Below are positions 1-9,463 of a stretch of DNA of 30,528 nt, one piece after another (position 1 is the first letter of the stretch; the number at the start of each line of letters is the position of its first letter). The notes beneath the pieces are model-generated. The model worked only from the letters and a program-made list of their open reading frames with translations. It was not told the origin of the DNA and did not search any database. Source of the stretch: a virus. Taxonomy: Duplodnaviria > Caudoviricetes. Both the position numbers and the translations under genes were made by a program. Location of the stretch: the IMG/VR virus record IMGVR_UViG_3300030372_004806, positions 1 to 30,528 of that record. One strand, written 5' to 3'.

Positions 1-99
1 CGAGGTCAACCAGGTCAGTCCACTGGGCGCCACCACTGCCCGCAATGCGCTCAGTGAAGGCGACCGACGTTGACAGGCCGCCCTTCGTTGCCTTCACAA
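1..99. repeat. Terminal direct repeat, copy 1 (99 bp; probable assembly circularisation overlap)
   Basis: 1-99 is identical to 30430-30528. It lies inside a reading frame that continues across the junction. Confidence 0.97.
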
Positions 100-391
100 G
101 CACTTGCACCGCTTCGCCCGTAGTGCTGCCGCTCGGGGCGGTCCAGCTCGGGGTGGTGCCGGTCGCGCCAGTGACAGTGACTGCACCGCCGGTGCTCGCC
201 TGCTCCACAGTGGTGCTGAGGGTTGCCCCGTCAGGGTTGCTGATGGAAAGCGACCGCGCACCGGCAGAGACGGTGTAGCCCTCGCCGTCGGTGCGACCGG
301 CAACGGTCAAGCCTGGCGCGGTAGCTCCGCCGCCCGAGCTCGAGCCCCCGCTTGCCCCTGTCGTCGGGTCAAAGGTTGGGGTGATGGGCAT
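1..391 (-). CDS. 5' part of a 362-aa virion/tail-fibre-like protein spanning the circular junction (391->1, then 30429->29732)
   Basis: ATG at 391 lies 3 nt after the TAG of 395..841. It reads MPITPTFDPTTGASGGSSSGGG...VLVKATKGGLSTSV and joins the 29732..30526 ORF in frame. Thr/Gly/Ser-rich. Absent from the ORF track because the window is linear. Confidence 0.85.
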   Translation of the reverse strand, partial: MPITPTFDPTTGASGGSSSGGGATAPGLTVAGRTDGEGYTVSAGARSLSISNPDGATLSTTVEQASTGGAVTVTGATGTTPSWTAPSGSTTGEAVQVLVKATKGGLSTSVAFTERIAGSGGAQWTDLVDL

Positions 392-394
392 GCG

Positions 395-841
395 CTACTC
401 CCTCCAGCTGATGACCGACTGCGTAAACACTGGGACGGTGCCCGCGTTGTCGACCTTGGCGAAGAGGTAGAGGTTGCCGTTACCCGGCCCTGCCAACAGC
501 TGGAACAAGGGCAGGCCGACCGAGAATGTTGCAGCTTGGACCGTTGTTGTGGTGACACCGGCGACAAGGCTGGCCTCGGTGTCAGGAACAAGCACCTCGT
601 CACCGTTGGCGTCTGCGCAGATGCGGATTGTGACCTTGGTAGCGCTCGGGGCGCCTGGGCTCGTCAGCTTGACGTGGATGCCCTCGACGATGCCCCGGTA
701 GTTGCGGCCTCCCTTCTGGAACTCGGGCAAGCGCGCCTGCAGGTCATGCACGTGCACGTCCGAGGTGTTCAGGGCAGTGCCCAGGGCTTGGGAGCCCGTC
801 ACCGTCGAGCTGTGCAGGAAGTTCGTGATGCGTGTTGGCAT
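395..841 (-). CDS. Hypothetical protein, probably virion-associated beta-rich protein (148 aa)
   Basis: GAGGAG SD upstream, same strand as the structural arm, tight packing with the next gene. Confidence 0.75.
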   Translation of the reverse strand: MPTRITNFLHSSTVTGSQALGTALNTSDVHVHDLQARLPEFQKGGRNYRGIVEGIHVKLTSPGAPSATKVTIRICADANGDEVLVPDTEASLVAGVTTTTVQAATFSVGLPLFQLLAGPGNGNLYLFAKVDNAGTVPVFTQSVISWRE

Positions 842-879
842 GTCGGTCTCTCCTCATTCGTGGACTGACGACTCTCGAG

Positions 880-891
880 CAGTCTATCACT
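880..891 (-). promoter_or_regulatory. Putative extended -10 promoter AGTGATAGACTG
   Basis: TG-n-TAGACT in the intergenic gap upstream of 395..841. 11/12 identical to the motif upstream of terL. Confidence 0.55.
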
Positions 892-3800
892 TACTGCCCG
901 GTCATCACCTGCTGAATCCGCTGCATGTCCTCGCGTCGGGCCTGCTGCGGGTCTGCGACCGGTGCCCGGGGCAGTAGCGCCCCAGCTGCGGCCTCGGCTG
1001 CTGTAGAGGGCAGGGCGGCCCCAGGATAGACGGCGATGGGTGTGGCTTCCTCGCGCGGGTCGAGCTCGAAGGCCGAGGTGTAGCCGACAAGGGCAGACTC
1101 GATAGCGTCGGGTGTCAGCTCTCGAATGATGCGCATGTTGCGCTCACCGGTGTCACTCAGCTCGATGACCTTGTAGAGCGGTAGCCCTCGCTCATCCCTG
1201 CCCCAAAGCAGGTGAGGCATGCCCTTGGGCGCCTTCGTCCAGTACTCGGGCATCGTTGGGTGAGCCAAGTTGGGAGGGGGCGCAACCGTCTGAGGCTCGA
1301 AGACATCGGTGAACTGGTCCCATGCACCGGTGCGCCGGCCCTGGTCGATGTGGTGAGCGTACAGGGCTGCAGACCAGAACATCTGCTCATCACTGACAGG
1401 CTCGGCCCCTTGGATGCCCTGCGTCTGGTAGGTCTGCCCTCCTGCGAAGTCGTCAAAGGCGTCGTACACCGCTCCGAGCGCCTCATCGCCAAGCCGTCGG
1501 GTAATGACCTCGGTGCCCTCCGCTACAGACTCAACCAGGTCGCCCGCGGTCTCGGCACCTCGGCTCACCCTTCGCAGCTCTCGGAAGAGCAGGTCACCCT
1601 GGCGACCCATGGCAAGCGCAACCTCGGGGGCAGCGAAGAGCGGAATCTCGGGGCCGAAGAAGACACCGTCACCGGCATTGACCAGCCCGAGAGACTTGAG
1701 CGCCTTGTCTCCGTGGATGTTGTACGGGTCTTGCGCCCTTGCCTGCTGCAGCTTTGCCTTGAGGACGACGCGCGCCTTGCTCGGGTTCGTCATGATGGCC
1801 TGAACCAGCTCGGTGTAGAGCTTGGTGTTGCCGGCTGCCGTCGCAACAAACTGCCCGAGGCTCTCGCGGATGGGGCCGGGAACCTCGCTGTAGTCGAAGA
1901 AGGTGCGCCGCGCGGTCTCGGCTGCCTGCCGCGGTGCCTGCCCCTTGATGAGCGCTGCCTCGAAGGCCGCCTGGCGCATGCTCATCTCAATCGCTTCAGC
2001 TGTGCGGGTGTAGAACGACTTGTCCAACGGGTTGAGCTGCTGCTTGACGACACCTTCAAGCGGCCCCTCGGCTGCCCGCCTGGCATCCCTGAGCAGGTCG
2101 TCTGCAAGGCTGCCTACCCGCTCACTGCTGACGGTCGAATATCCAAGCCCGGTCTGCTCCGCGAGCTCCTGCAGCTGCTTGCCGGTGTAGTAGACGCCGT
2201 CCTGCGTCGTCAGTCCTCCGCCAAAGGTGCGCCGCTTGATGAGACGGTCGAGCACGTCACCCGACTCTTTGAGTCCGGCAGTGAGCAACGGGGTGAGCAT
2301 CTGCTTGAAGATGGCGTATGGGAACCCAATCACATTGGGTACCAGGTAGCCATAGGTGGCATTCTGCACGACGTTGCGCCGCCCCCTGCCGAGTGCAAAG
2401 TCCATCATCTCAAGGATGACTGACTGCAGTGAAGCCCTCGCTCGGGGGCTGATGCCCTCGATGAACTCGGCGAACTCTTCGCCGTTCTCGGCAAGCACGC
2501 GCTCAGCATGCGACTGCAGCACGTCATAGACCCGCTTGCGCTGCACACTGCCCCGGGCAAGCCTCGGCACCGCTACACCCTTCGCCTCGGTGAGCGCAGC
2601 CACGAAGCGGTCAAGGCCCGTCGGTAGCTGCCCGGCTTCGGCTGTGACTGCCTCGATGGCGCTGCCGAGCTGCTCGGTGTACCGCCCTCGAGCTGCAAGC
2701 CCCTTCTTGGTGCCCTCATCGAGCGCCACCTTGAGCAACGCCTTCTGATAGTCGGGTGCCATCCAGCTCGTCAGCTTGGACGTACCGCGCACACCGAAGA
2801 GGCCGGTGACTCGGTCCTTCATGAAAGCCTGGTCAACAGCTCGAACCGTTGCAACGGTGGGCATATCGGTCGCAATCGCGTTGACCAGACCCTTGCGGGT
2901 AGCCGTGTCGAAGTATTGTTCAGCCGCCCCTTCATCGACACCGTACATTGCCCCGAGCACCTTTTTCCATGCCTCTTGAGCGCCGATGGGCCTTGGAGCG
3001 CGCGCAATCTCTTCGGTGAACACCGCGTCTACTGCGTCGTCTGCGCTGCCCAGCTCTCGTGCCTTGTCGGCCATGCGCTGACCGATGCGGGCAAACTCGG
3101 TCTGCGCTGCTGCTCGGATGTCTGCCCGAGCTCGTGCAACGGCTGCGGTCTCGGACTCCAGGAACCGGCTGCCCCCGAGCACTGCCTTGGCGCGGCGCGC
3201 TGCAGGTGTCTGCAGTCGGCGCGACTTGAGCAGGAGGTCAAGCCCTCGTGTCTGCCCGGTCACGTATGTCTGCGCCGCGGTGAGGTCTCGCGCTAACCGT
3301 GCGACCTTGGGCGCCTGGTTGATGGCATGCGCGTCCTCAAGCAAGGTGGTGGCCTGCTGTCGGAGGTCTGCAGGCATGTCCTGCCAGCGCTCGAACTTGC
3401 GGAGCTGGTCACCGACGGCATCGGGCAGCTTGTCGGCTATGTCTGAAGGCTTGCCGGTGAACACCTGCCGACGGAAGGCGCCGAGACTGCGGCGTAGTGC
3501 GGCCTCATGCGCGCGGGGCACACCGACGTTGGTTGTGACCATCACAACGTCATCGGGGACGTTGAGCCGGAACTGCCGCGCGAAGTAGTCAGCGTTGTCG
3601 CCGAGCAACGGGCGGACGTCTGCGAGCACCTCGTCAACGGTGTCGCTGCTCGCCTTGATGGCCTGTCGGGCTGCTGTCGAAGTAGCCCTATCAAACGCGC
3701 CTGACTGCAGTACGTTCTGAGCTACCCGACGGACTACGCGCCCATCTGACGCCTTGCCCGGTGTGACTGCGGCTGCAAGGTCAGCGATGGGGTTGGCGAT

Positions 3801-5282
3801 GGACAAGGCCGCGGCCTGGGCCGCCTTGCTTGCTCGGCGCTGCTGCGCAAAGAAGGCATCGGTCACCGGTGTGCTCAGCGCTTGGGCGCCGCGGGCTTTG
3901 GGTGCGCGTTGACCGGCTTCGAGCGTCTCGGCTGCCTTGATGGCAAGTCGCGCGGCCTGTGATGCCGGCTTGCTGCCGGCGACGAGCTTCGCGCCCTTGG
4001 CTGCCCCCTTGGCTGCTGTGCCCGGCCCCGCAGGAAGAGCAAGCTCACCGAGGCTACCCGCCCAATAGGCTGCGTCAGGGTCGCCCCAGACAGACGCATA
4101 CCAGTCGCGCACTGCAGGCGCGTCGAGGAACTCATCACCCATCGTGCGACCGGCTGCGACGTTCTGAGCAATGCGGGACTGCTCGGCTTCCTTCCAGCCC
4201 GCAAAGTCTTCGAGCGGGTTGGGAACCTCGACGACAGACACGACTCGCCTGCCCTCGGGGTCGAAGGTGGTCACCTTGCGCGTCTGAGATTGGGTGGCAA
4301 CCCCTGGGGTCGGCAGTGCTATCTGTGGCACCGCTTTCACTATGTTGCGCAATGAAGACTCAAGCTCGGGGTCAAGCCTTTCCAGCCCTGACAGCACGTT
4401 TTTCATGCCCCCTGAGTCGAGTCGAGCCTCAAGCGAAAAAACATCCGGGATACCGAGGGTGCGACGGCCCTGCGCAATGGCAAAGCCAAGGTCATCGGGG
4501 TCTACCGGCACACCGTTCGCATCCACCTCATAGCCGAGGCCGCGGAAGTAGCCCTCAGCCGCAAGGGCAGACACCCAGCCCAAGGTAGAGCGCAGGGCGG
4601 CCCCGAGCTCGGTCTCTACTACTCCTGCGGTCTCGTTGGCTTCGGTCAGGATGCCCGACAACAACGGCCCGGCAACCTCGAAGGTGCCCACTTCTTCGCC
4701 TGCTGCGATGCGCCTATCGATGTCGGCCTGCTGCGCTCGGATGTTCTCGCCCATCTGCCGGGCGGACTGCGAACCCAGCTGAGTCTGCAGGGCAAAGGCC
4801 TCGGCCGTCTCATCGGCTGCCGTTGCAGGGCGCTCCTCACCACTGGGCTCGACAAAGACCCGCTCGGTGAGAATCTCGCCCGAGGGGAGTACCGCGGGTA
4901 TTTCGCGCTCGATGATGCGAGACGGGCGGAAGGGGGCAAAGCCCTCGGGGTCGACTTCCCTGGGCTCATCTCGGCCCGGCTGTATGACGGCTGTACTACG
5001 CTTCTGCTGCGCCTGGCGCTCTCGCTCAAGGGCTTGCTGCTCTTCCTCAAAGACTCGGCCCTCTCGGATGAGGCTTTGCCGGGCTTGCATCACCGGGGCT
5101 ACCGCTGCCTGCGCCGCTTCCTCTCGGGCTGCAGCGAGCTCGGCAGGCCTGGGGATGTCTGGGGCAGGAAGCTCCAGCTCGGGGATAGGCTCGGCAGGTA
5201 GAGCCTGCCGCCGGCGGGCAAGCTCCCTGCGTGCAAGCTCCCTGCGTGCAAGCTCCCTTCGTGCTTCGTCGGCTGGGGTCAT
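891..5282 (-). CDS. Large internal virion / DNA ejection protein (1463 aa)
   Basis: Largest ORF, Ala-rich and helical, last of three such genes after the tail genes as in podoviral ejectosome modules. No catalytic motif recognised. Confidence 0.7.
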   Translation of the reverse strand: MTPADEARRELARRELARRELARRRQALPAEPIPELELPAPDIPRPAELAAAREEAAQAAVAPVMQARQSLIREGRVFEEEQQALERERQAQQKRSTAVIQPGRDEPREVDPEGFAPFRPSRIIEREIPAVLPSGEILTERVFVEPSGEERPATAADETAEAFALQTQLGSQSARQMGENIRAQQADIDRRIAAGEEVGTFEVAGPLLSGILTEANETAGVVETELGAALRSTLGWVSALAAEGYFRGLGYEVDANGVPVDPDDLGFAIAQGRRTLGIPDVFSLEARLDSGGMKNVLSGLERLDPELESSLRNIVKAVPQIALPTPGVATQSQTRKVTTFDPEGRRVVSVVEVPNPLEDFAGWKEAEQSRIAQNVAAGRTMGDEFLDAPAVRDWYASVWGDPDAAYWAGSLGELALPAGPGTAAKGAAKGAKLVAGSKPASQAARLAIKAAETLEAGQRAPKARGAQALSTPVTDAFFAQQRRASKAAQAAALSIANPIADLAAAVTPGKASDGRVVRRVAQNVLQSGAFDRATSTAARQAIKASSDTVDEVLADVRPLLGDNADYFARQFRLNVPDDVVMVTTNVGVPRAHEAALRRSLGAFRRQVFTGKPSDIADKLPDAVGDQLRKFERWQDMPADLRQQATTLLEDAHAINQAPKVARLARDLTAAQTYVTGQTRGLDLLLKSRRLQTPAARRAKAVLGGSRFLESETAAVARARADIRAAAQTEFARIGQRMADKARELGSADDAVDAVFTEEIARAPRPIGAQEAWKKVLGAMYGVDEGAAEQYFDTATRKGLVNAIATDMPTVATVRAVDQAFMKDRVTGLFGVRGTSKLTSWMAPDYQKALLKVALDEGTKKGLAARGRYTEQLGSAIEAVTAEAGQLPTGLDRFVAALTEAKGVAVPRLARGSVQRKRVYDVLQSHAERVLAENGEEFAEFIEGISPRARASLQSVILEMMDFALGRGRRNVVQNATYGYLVPNVIGFPYAIFKQMLTPLLTAGLKESGDVLDRLIKRRTFGGGLTTQDGVYYTGKQLQELAEQTGLGYSTVSSERVGSLADDLLRDARRAAEGPLEGVVKQQLNPLDKSFYTRTAEAIEMSMRQAAFEAALIKGQAPRQAAETARRTFFDYSEVPGPIRESLGQFVATAAGNTKLYTELVQAIMTNPSKARVVLKAKLQQARAQDPYNIHGDKALKSLGLVNAGDGVFFGPEIPLFAAPEVALAMGRQGDLLFRELRRVSRGAETAGDLVESVAEGTEVITRRLGDEALGAVYDAFDDFAGGQTYQTQGIQGAEPVSDEQMFWSAALYAHHIDQGRRTGAWDQFTDVFEPQTVAPPPNLAHPTMPEYWTKAPKGMPHLLWGRDERGLPLYKVIELSDTGERNMRIIRELTPDAIESALVGYTSAFELDPREEATPIAVYPGAALPSTAAEAAAGALLPRAPVADPQQARREDMQRIQQVMTGQ
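5218..5262. repeat. 15-nt tandem repeat x3 encoding (ARREL)3
   Basis: GCAAGCTCCCTGCGT twice, then GCAAGCTCCCTTCGT. Confidence 0.95.
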
Positions 5283-7177
5283 TGGTTCGCCAGGCGCTCA
5301 AGTTCTTCGTCGCTCATGCTGCGATAGTCAAAGGCGCTCGGGACAGGGGCTTCGGCCTCGCCTGCTGGTGGCTCACCGAACAGTCGCGCCTGAGCGGCGG
5401 CAGTGCTTTGTAGCAGTGGTGTGGTATCTGCTTCGGGGGGCGCAACCGGTGCGGCAGGTGCGGCAGGTGCGGCAGGTGCGGCCTGCACTCGTGGCAACGG
5501 GGCACCGCCTGCGAGTACCTGCTCGATGCTTCGGGCGGCTCGAGAACCCCTTGGCACGTTGTAGGGCTCGCGTCCTTCCTGGATGACCTGGTACCCGTCT
5601 GCCGTTTCTCGGTAGACAAAGCGCGGGTCGCTCGGGTCTACCTGAACGTCGAGGTCTACCGAGGTGCGTGTTTCAGAAGCAGGCTCGGGCGTAAAGTCTG
5701 CCGGCGCTCCCAGTGCAAAGCGTTGGGCCGCAGCAGCCTCGGCCGAGGATGACGGCTTAAGCCGTCGAGCAAAGTCAAACTCGGCTTGTGCCTCGGCTTC
5801 GATGTCGCGGGTGATTTCCGCGTCGAGCTCGCGCGCCTGCTCTTCGGCCCGGGCTTCGCGCTCCTTGGCTGCCCGCTGCAGCTCCCGCTGGTTGGGGCTG
5901 CTCAGGTTCTGCTGGTCGTACTCCTTGGTGGCGAGCGCAAAGGCAAGCGCCCCCTGCAGCTCTTCGCCTTCGAGCACCTTGCCAAGCTGCTTCTCCACCT
6001 TGGTGATGTCGTAGGGCTTGCCGGCTGCGTCGAGCTGCCGCACAAGGTCTGCCGCCATGCGCTGCCCGCGGTTGACCGCTTCGAGTTCCACATCATCGGC
6101 AAGCAGGCTGTCGAGGATGTCGTCAGCTGCAATCATCGCCCCGTAGTAGGGCGACTTTTGAAACTGCAAGTAGCGGCCCCCATTCTTCTCGGGGTCATAG
6201 CCTCGGGCGATAAGCTCGCGGCGGAACCGTTCCCTCGTGGGGTCAGTGTACTGGGCGCCTGGTGCAGACTGCCGCAGGCCTTCCAGCTCGGCGATGCGCG
6301 CGCGAGAGGTCAAGACCTCGGTCTCGAAGTTTACCCGCTCATCGTTGCGATACGCCTTCTTTGCCTTCGCCTCATCGTATAGGGCTTTGGCGAACTTGAA
6401 GTCTTCTTCGCTCGCGAAGTCTTCGACAGCAAGCACACCGTCTTGAAGCGCGCCGAGGGCTGCCGCATAGGCATCGGCCTCGGTGCTGAAGCTCAAGCCC
6501 TCGGGGGCTGCAGTCTGTTCGCGTCGCTCAACGATGGCCTGCCCGTCGTAGCCTCCGCGGATGCCTGCCGGGCCGGCGAAGAAGGCCGCCTCAAGCTGTT
6601 GCTGGATGGCCTGCTCGGCTGCCTTCTCTTCTGGGCTTGCTGCCCGTGCTGCTCCGCTTGGGGCTCGGCCCGAGGCTACCCGCTGCAGCTGGCTGCGGAC
6701 CTGAGCGATGCCCTCGGCCTCAAGACCTCCGCGTTGCAGCAGGCTGAGCAGCTCGCGTCCTTGCTCGGGTGTTGTGTCGGCAGAGATGGCGCCGAGGGCA
6801 GTGTTGCGAGCGTCGACCGGCTTGCCGCTTGCGAGCTCGCGTTTGAGCTGGTCGCTGACGGCCTTGGGTAGCTGTAGCCCTGCCGCGCGCCCTGCGGCCC
6901 CTGCAGCCACCCTGCGCCGTGCTGCGTCCTCACCTGCGTACTGCTGCTGCAGGAGCGCCTGAGCTGCCCCAAGGTCCTGCGGGCGTACCCGAAAGACCTC
7001 GTTGAGGTTCGTGAGGTTCTGACGCTCGGAAGCCATGAGGCTGTCGAGGTAGTTGACTCGGTCCTGCTCAAGCTGGATGTCTTTGGTGATGTCCTGGTAG
7101 CGCTGGTAGGCTGACACGGTGCGCGCGTAGCTTTCCAGGTACTGCGGACGCCTGCCCTTAAAGCTGGTGGTTGCCAT
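5279..7177 (-). CDS. Internal virion / ejection protein (632 aa)
   Basis: Helical Ala/Glu/Gln-rich protein with C-terminal DYRSMSDEELERL. ATGA overlap with the next gene. Position in module. Confidence 0.65.
   Translation of the reverse strand: MATTSFKGRRPQYLESYARTVSAYQRYQDITKDIQLEQDRVNYLDSLMASERQNLTNLNEVFRVRPQDLGAAQALLQQQYAGEDAARRRVAAGAAGRAAGLQLPKAVSDQLKRELASGKPVDARNTALGAISADTTPEQGRELLSLLQRGGLEAEGIAQVRSQLQRVASGRAPSGAARAASPEEKAAEQAIQQQLEAAFFAGPAGIRGGYDGQAIVERREQTAAPEGLSFSTEADAYAAALGALQDGVLAVEDFASEEDFKFAKALYDEAKAKKAYRNDERVNFETEVLTSRARIAELEGLRQSAPGAQYTDPTRERFRRELIARGYDPEKNGGRYLQFQKSPYYGAMIAADDILDSLLADDVELEAVNRGQRMAADLVRQLDAAGKPYDITKVEKQLGKVLEGEELQGALAFALATKEYDQQNLSSPNQRELQRAAKEREARAEEQARELDAEITRDIEAEAQAEFDFARRLKPSSSAEAAAAQRFALGAPADFTPEPASETRTSVDLDVQVDPSDPRFVYRETADGYQVIQEGREPYNVPRGSRAARSIEQVLAGGAPLPRVQAAPAAPAAPAAPVAPPEADTTPLLQSTAAAQARLFGEPPAGEAEAPVPSAFDYRSMSDEELERLANQ
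5448..5482. repeat. 9-nt tandem repeat (~4 copies) encoding an Ala-Ala-Pro linker
   Basis: GGTGCGGCA x3 plus GGTGCGGC. Confidence 0.9.
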
Positions 7178-7179
7178 GG

Positions 7180-7848
7180 TTATTGCACTCCAAGGGGGTC
7201 AGGAACCAGACCGCCGTAGCTTCGCCCCAGGGGTTGGGGCTGGAAACCAAAGACAGTGGTCCTCTCGCTGAGTTTGGGCGTGGCTGCCTCGGCTACCTTC
7301 ACCTGGTTCGCCATCTGCAGCCCGGTGAGTCCTACGTCTGCCGCACCTGCAAGGCCGAGGGTGACTGCCTGAGCGATGCCCTGACGGCGTTGCGCCTCGG
7401 CCTGGGCTGCCTGCCCTTCGAGCGCTGCAATCTGCGCGCGCTCCGCGTCTCGCTCGACCTGGTTGGCCTGTCTGATGCTTTCCTCTTCGGCCTGCTGCAT
7501 GCCCCTCAAGGTCTGCTGCTCGGCCTGCTCCTGCAGGAAGATGTCACGGCCTGAAACCGCCCGGGCCCCTGCCTGCTGCGCTGCTGCTTGCTGCAGGGTC
7601 ATCGCTTCGAGGTCTCGGGTGACACCCATCTGAGCGCCTTCGGCTTGCCGTCGCAAGCGCGCCTCTTCGGACTGGGTGAGCCCGAGGTTGCCCCGGCGCT
7701 GCCGTCTGCGGAGCTCGTCAAGCTCTCGCTGCTGCTGGGGGGTGAGCTGCAACGCCTTGGCAGCTCGGGCAGTGCCGACGCCTTGGGCAATGCCTGCGCC
7801 TGCCTTCGCTGCGCCTGCCGCAATGAGGCCGAGAGTAAGAACCGACAT
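7180..7848 (-). CDS. Small ejection/pilot-type protein (222 aa; start revised to ATG 7848)
   Basis: GAGG SD precedes ATG 7848. Hydrophobic Gly/Ala N-terminus MSVLTLGLIAAGAAKAGAGIAQGVG followed by a Gln/Ala coiled coil. The upstream extension to 8079 overlaps another gene. Confidence 0.7.
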   Translation of the reverse strand: MSVLTLGLIAAGAAKAGAGIAQGVGTARAAKALQLTPQQQRELDELRRRQRRGNLGLTQSEEARLRRQAEGAQMGVTRDLEAMTLQQAAAQQAGARAVSGRDIFLQEQAEQQTLRGMQQAEEESIRQANQVERDAERAQIAALEGQAAQAEAQRRQGIAQAVTLGLAGAADVGLTGLQMANQVKVAEAATPKLSERTTVFGFQPQPLGRSYGGLVPDPLGVQ

Positions 7849-7855
7849 TGATGCC

Positions 7856-8569
7856 TCAGAGGTAAAAGGTTTCGATTGCGACGCCCCAGTTGACCACAGC
7901 AACGCGGTCAATCTGGGAATGGGAAGCAAGGCCGAAGGTGGTGCGGCCGTTGATGGCGCTGTGAACAAGCACACCGTCTCGGCTTTGGTAGCCCCCGTTG
8001 ACAGTGTACGGGAACTTTGCGCCGAGGTTGCCAAGCCACATCTGACCGATGTCTTGCACGTTGGCGACTTCCTGCGCATGGCCCCGGTAGGCGGTGTAGG
8101 CCGTGGCTGGGTCGTTGACGTAAGGCGCTATCCAAGCCTGCCGCTCTTCTGCGGTGACGACCTGCCCGCCTGCCGTGCTCTCATCTGGCCCGGCTTCCAG
8201 CTCATACCAGTAGTGGAACACTGCGGTACATGCCCGTCGGGCGTCGATGGTGATGGCGGTGCCCGGGATGAGGTGAAAGGCCTGCGAGCTCGACCGCCCT
8301 TGACCGCTCAAGTACTTTGTGCAGAAGGTCAAGCGAACAAGGCCCGAGTCATTGCCGCCCTGGTGACCGCTGACACCGTGCTGCACACCACTGAAGGGCT
8401 CGAACCTGGGTGGCTGAACGTGGCGGGTGTCAATCCATTGCGCGGCCTGCACATCGCCCGAGACGATGCCCCCGTGCAGGTAGACGCGGAGGGCCTGGTT
8501 GTTGCCTTCGAGCGCTGCCGAGGTGCAGACGGTGCCGTCGCTGAACGTGTTGGGTGGGCTGAATGACAT
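7856..8569 (-). CDS. Tail-associated structural protein (237 aa)
   Basis: N-terminus MSFSPPNTFSDGTVCTSAALEGN resembles tail-fibre attachment segments. Abuts the upstream gene. Confidence 0.65.
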   Translation of the reverse strand: MSFSPPNTFSDGTVCTSAALEGNNQALRVYLHGGIVSGDVQAAQWIDTRHVQPPRFEPFSGVQHGVSGHQGGNDSGLVRLTFCTKYLSGQGRSSSQAFHLIPGTAITIDARRACTAVFHYWYELEAGPDESTAGGQVVTAEERQAWIAPYVNDPATAYTAYRGHAQEVANVQDIGQMWLGNLGAKFPYTVNGGYQSRDGVLVHSAINGRTTFGLASHSQIDRVAVVNWGVAIETFYL

Positions 8570-9463
8570 TCACTTCACCCGATGCTTGAGCACTGCGAGG
8601 TTCCCGCCATTGTACGCGAGGCTTGCCCCGTTGCTATATATGGGGTCGTGGACCATGTAGTTGGTGCCGCTGGCCTTGTAGGGGTGCATGACGCCCTTGA
8701 CGACCACACGAAGCCCGTAGACGACCAGGGCTGCAGGCTGGGTGCGCGGGTAGTACCAGGCACCCGAGATGCCGCGCCAACGTTGCGAAGATTCATTGCT
8801 TGCGTTTGGCAGGAACCCGTTGCTCGGAGCGTTCGCAAAGCGCAGGCCGGCAGGAACTACACTGCTCGACTCCATGTTTGTGAGAGGCTCGCCCCGATAG
8901 CTGCCGATGGTGGTCTTGAAGTCGCCCTGCCCGGTGACGGGCACAAAGTTGGCGCGAGCTGCGCTGGTAATGTCCCATTCCAGGTAGAAGACCCAGCAAC
9001 CGCCCCAGGTGTCTGCTTTTGTGTCTGGGTTCGGGGCGTTGGTGAACTGGTAGTAGCCGAGGCTCCCTGCCGCGTTCCAGTTGCTGCCCTGCGTTGCGTT
9101 GACGGACAGGTTCCAGTAGACGCGCAAGACCTCGCTGTTGGCAATGGTCAGCCCCGAGCCGAAGCTCATGATGCTTGCGTTGCCCGCACCGTCCTCGATG
9201 GGGTGAGGGTCGACCGGTACGGCTGCCGTCTGCCCTGCGACGGTGACTGAGCTCGCGTGCTTCCAGTCGTTCAGCCCGATGCTTTGCTCTTGCGCATGGC
9301 TGAGCAGCCAGTTGGTTGACGCGAACTGCGGCAGGTCATGAGCTGCGTCGCGGTGGTTGAACTGGTTTAGGTCCGTCTGGGTGTAGCTGGCAAAGCGGTC
9401 GTTGAGGCTTGCCGCGTCGAGCGTGTCACCGCCCTCAATGGGGCCGTCTGTGATGCGAGACAT
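8570..9463 (-). CDS. Tail-associated structural protein (297 aa; ATG 9463 preferred)
   Basis: GGGAGG SD and TAATG overlap with the upstream stop. N-terminal GDTLDAASLNDRF motif. Confidence 0.7.
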   Translation of the reverse strand: MSRITDGPIEGGDTLDAASLNDRFASYTQTDLNQFNHRDAAHDLPQFASTNWLLSHAQEQSIGLNDWKHASSVTVAGQTAAVPVDPHPIEDGAGNASIMSFGSGLTIANSEVLRVYWNLSVNATQGSNWNAAGSLGYYQFTNAPNPDTKADTWGGCWVFYLEWDITSAARANFVPVTGQGDFKTTIGSYRGEPLTNMESSSVVPAGLRFANAPSNGFLPNASNESSQRWRGISGAWYYPRTQPAALVVYGLRVVVKGVMHPYKASGTNYMVHDPIYSNGASLAYNGGNLAVLKHRVK

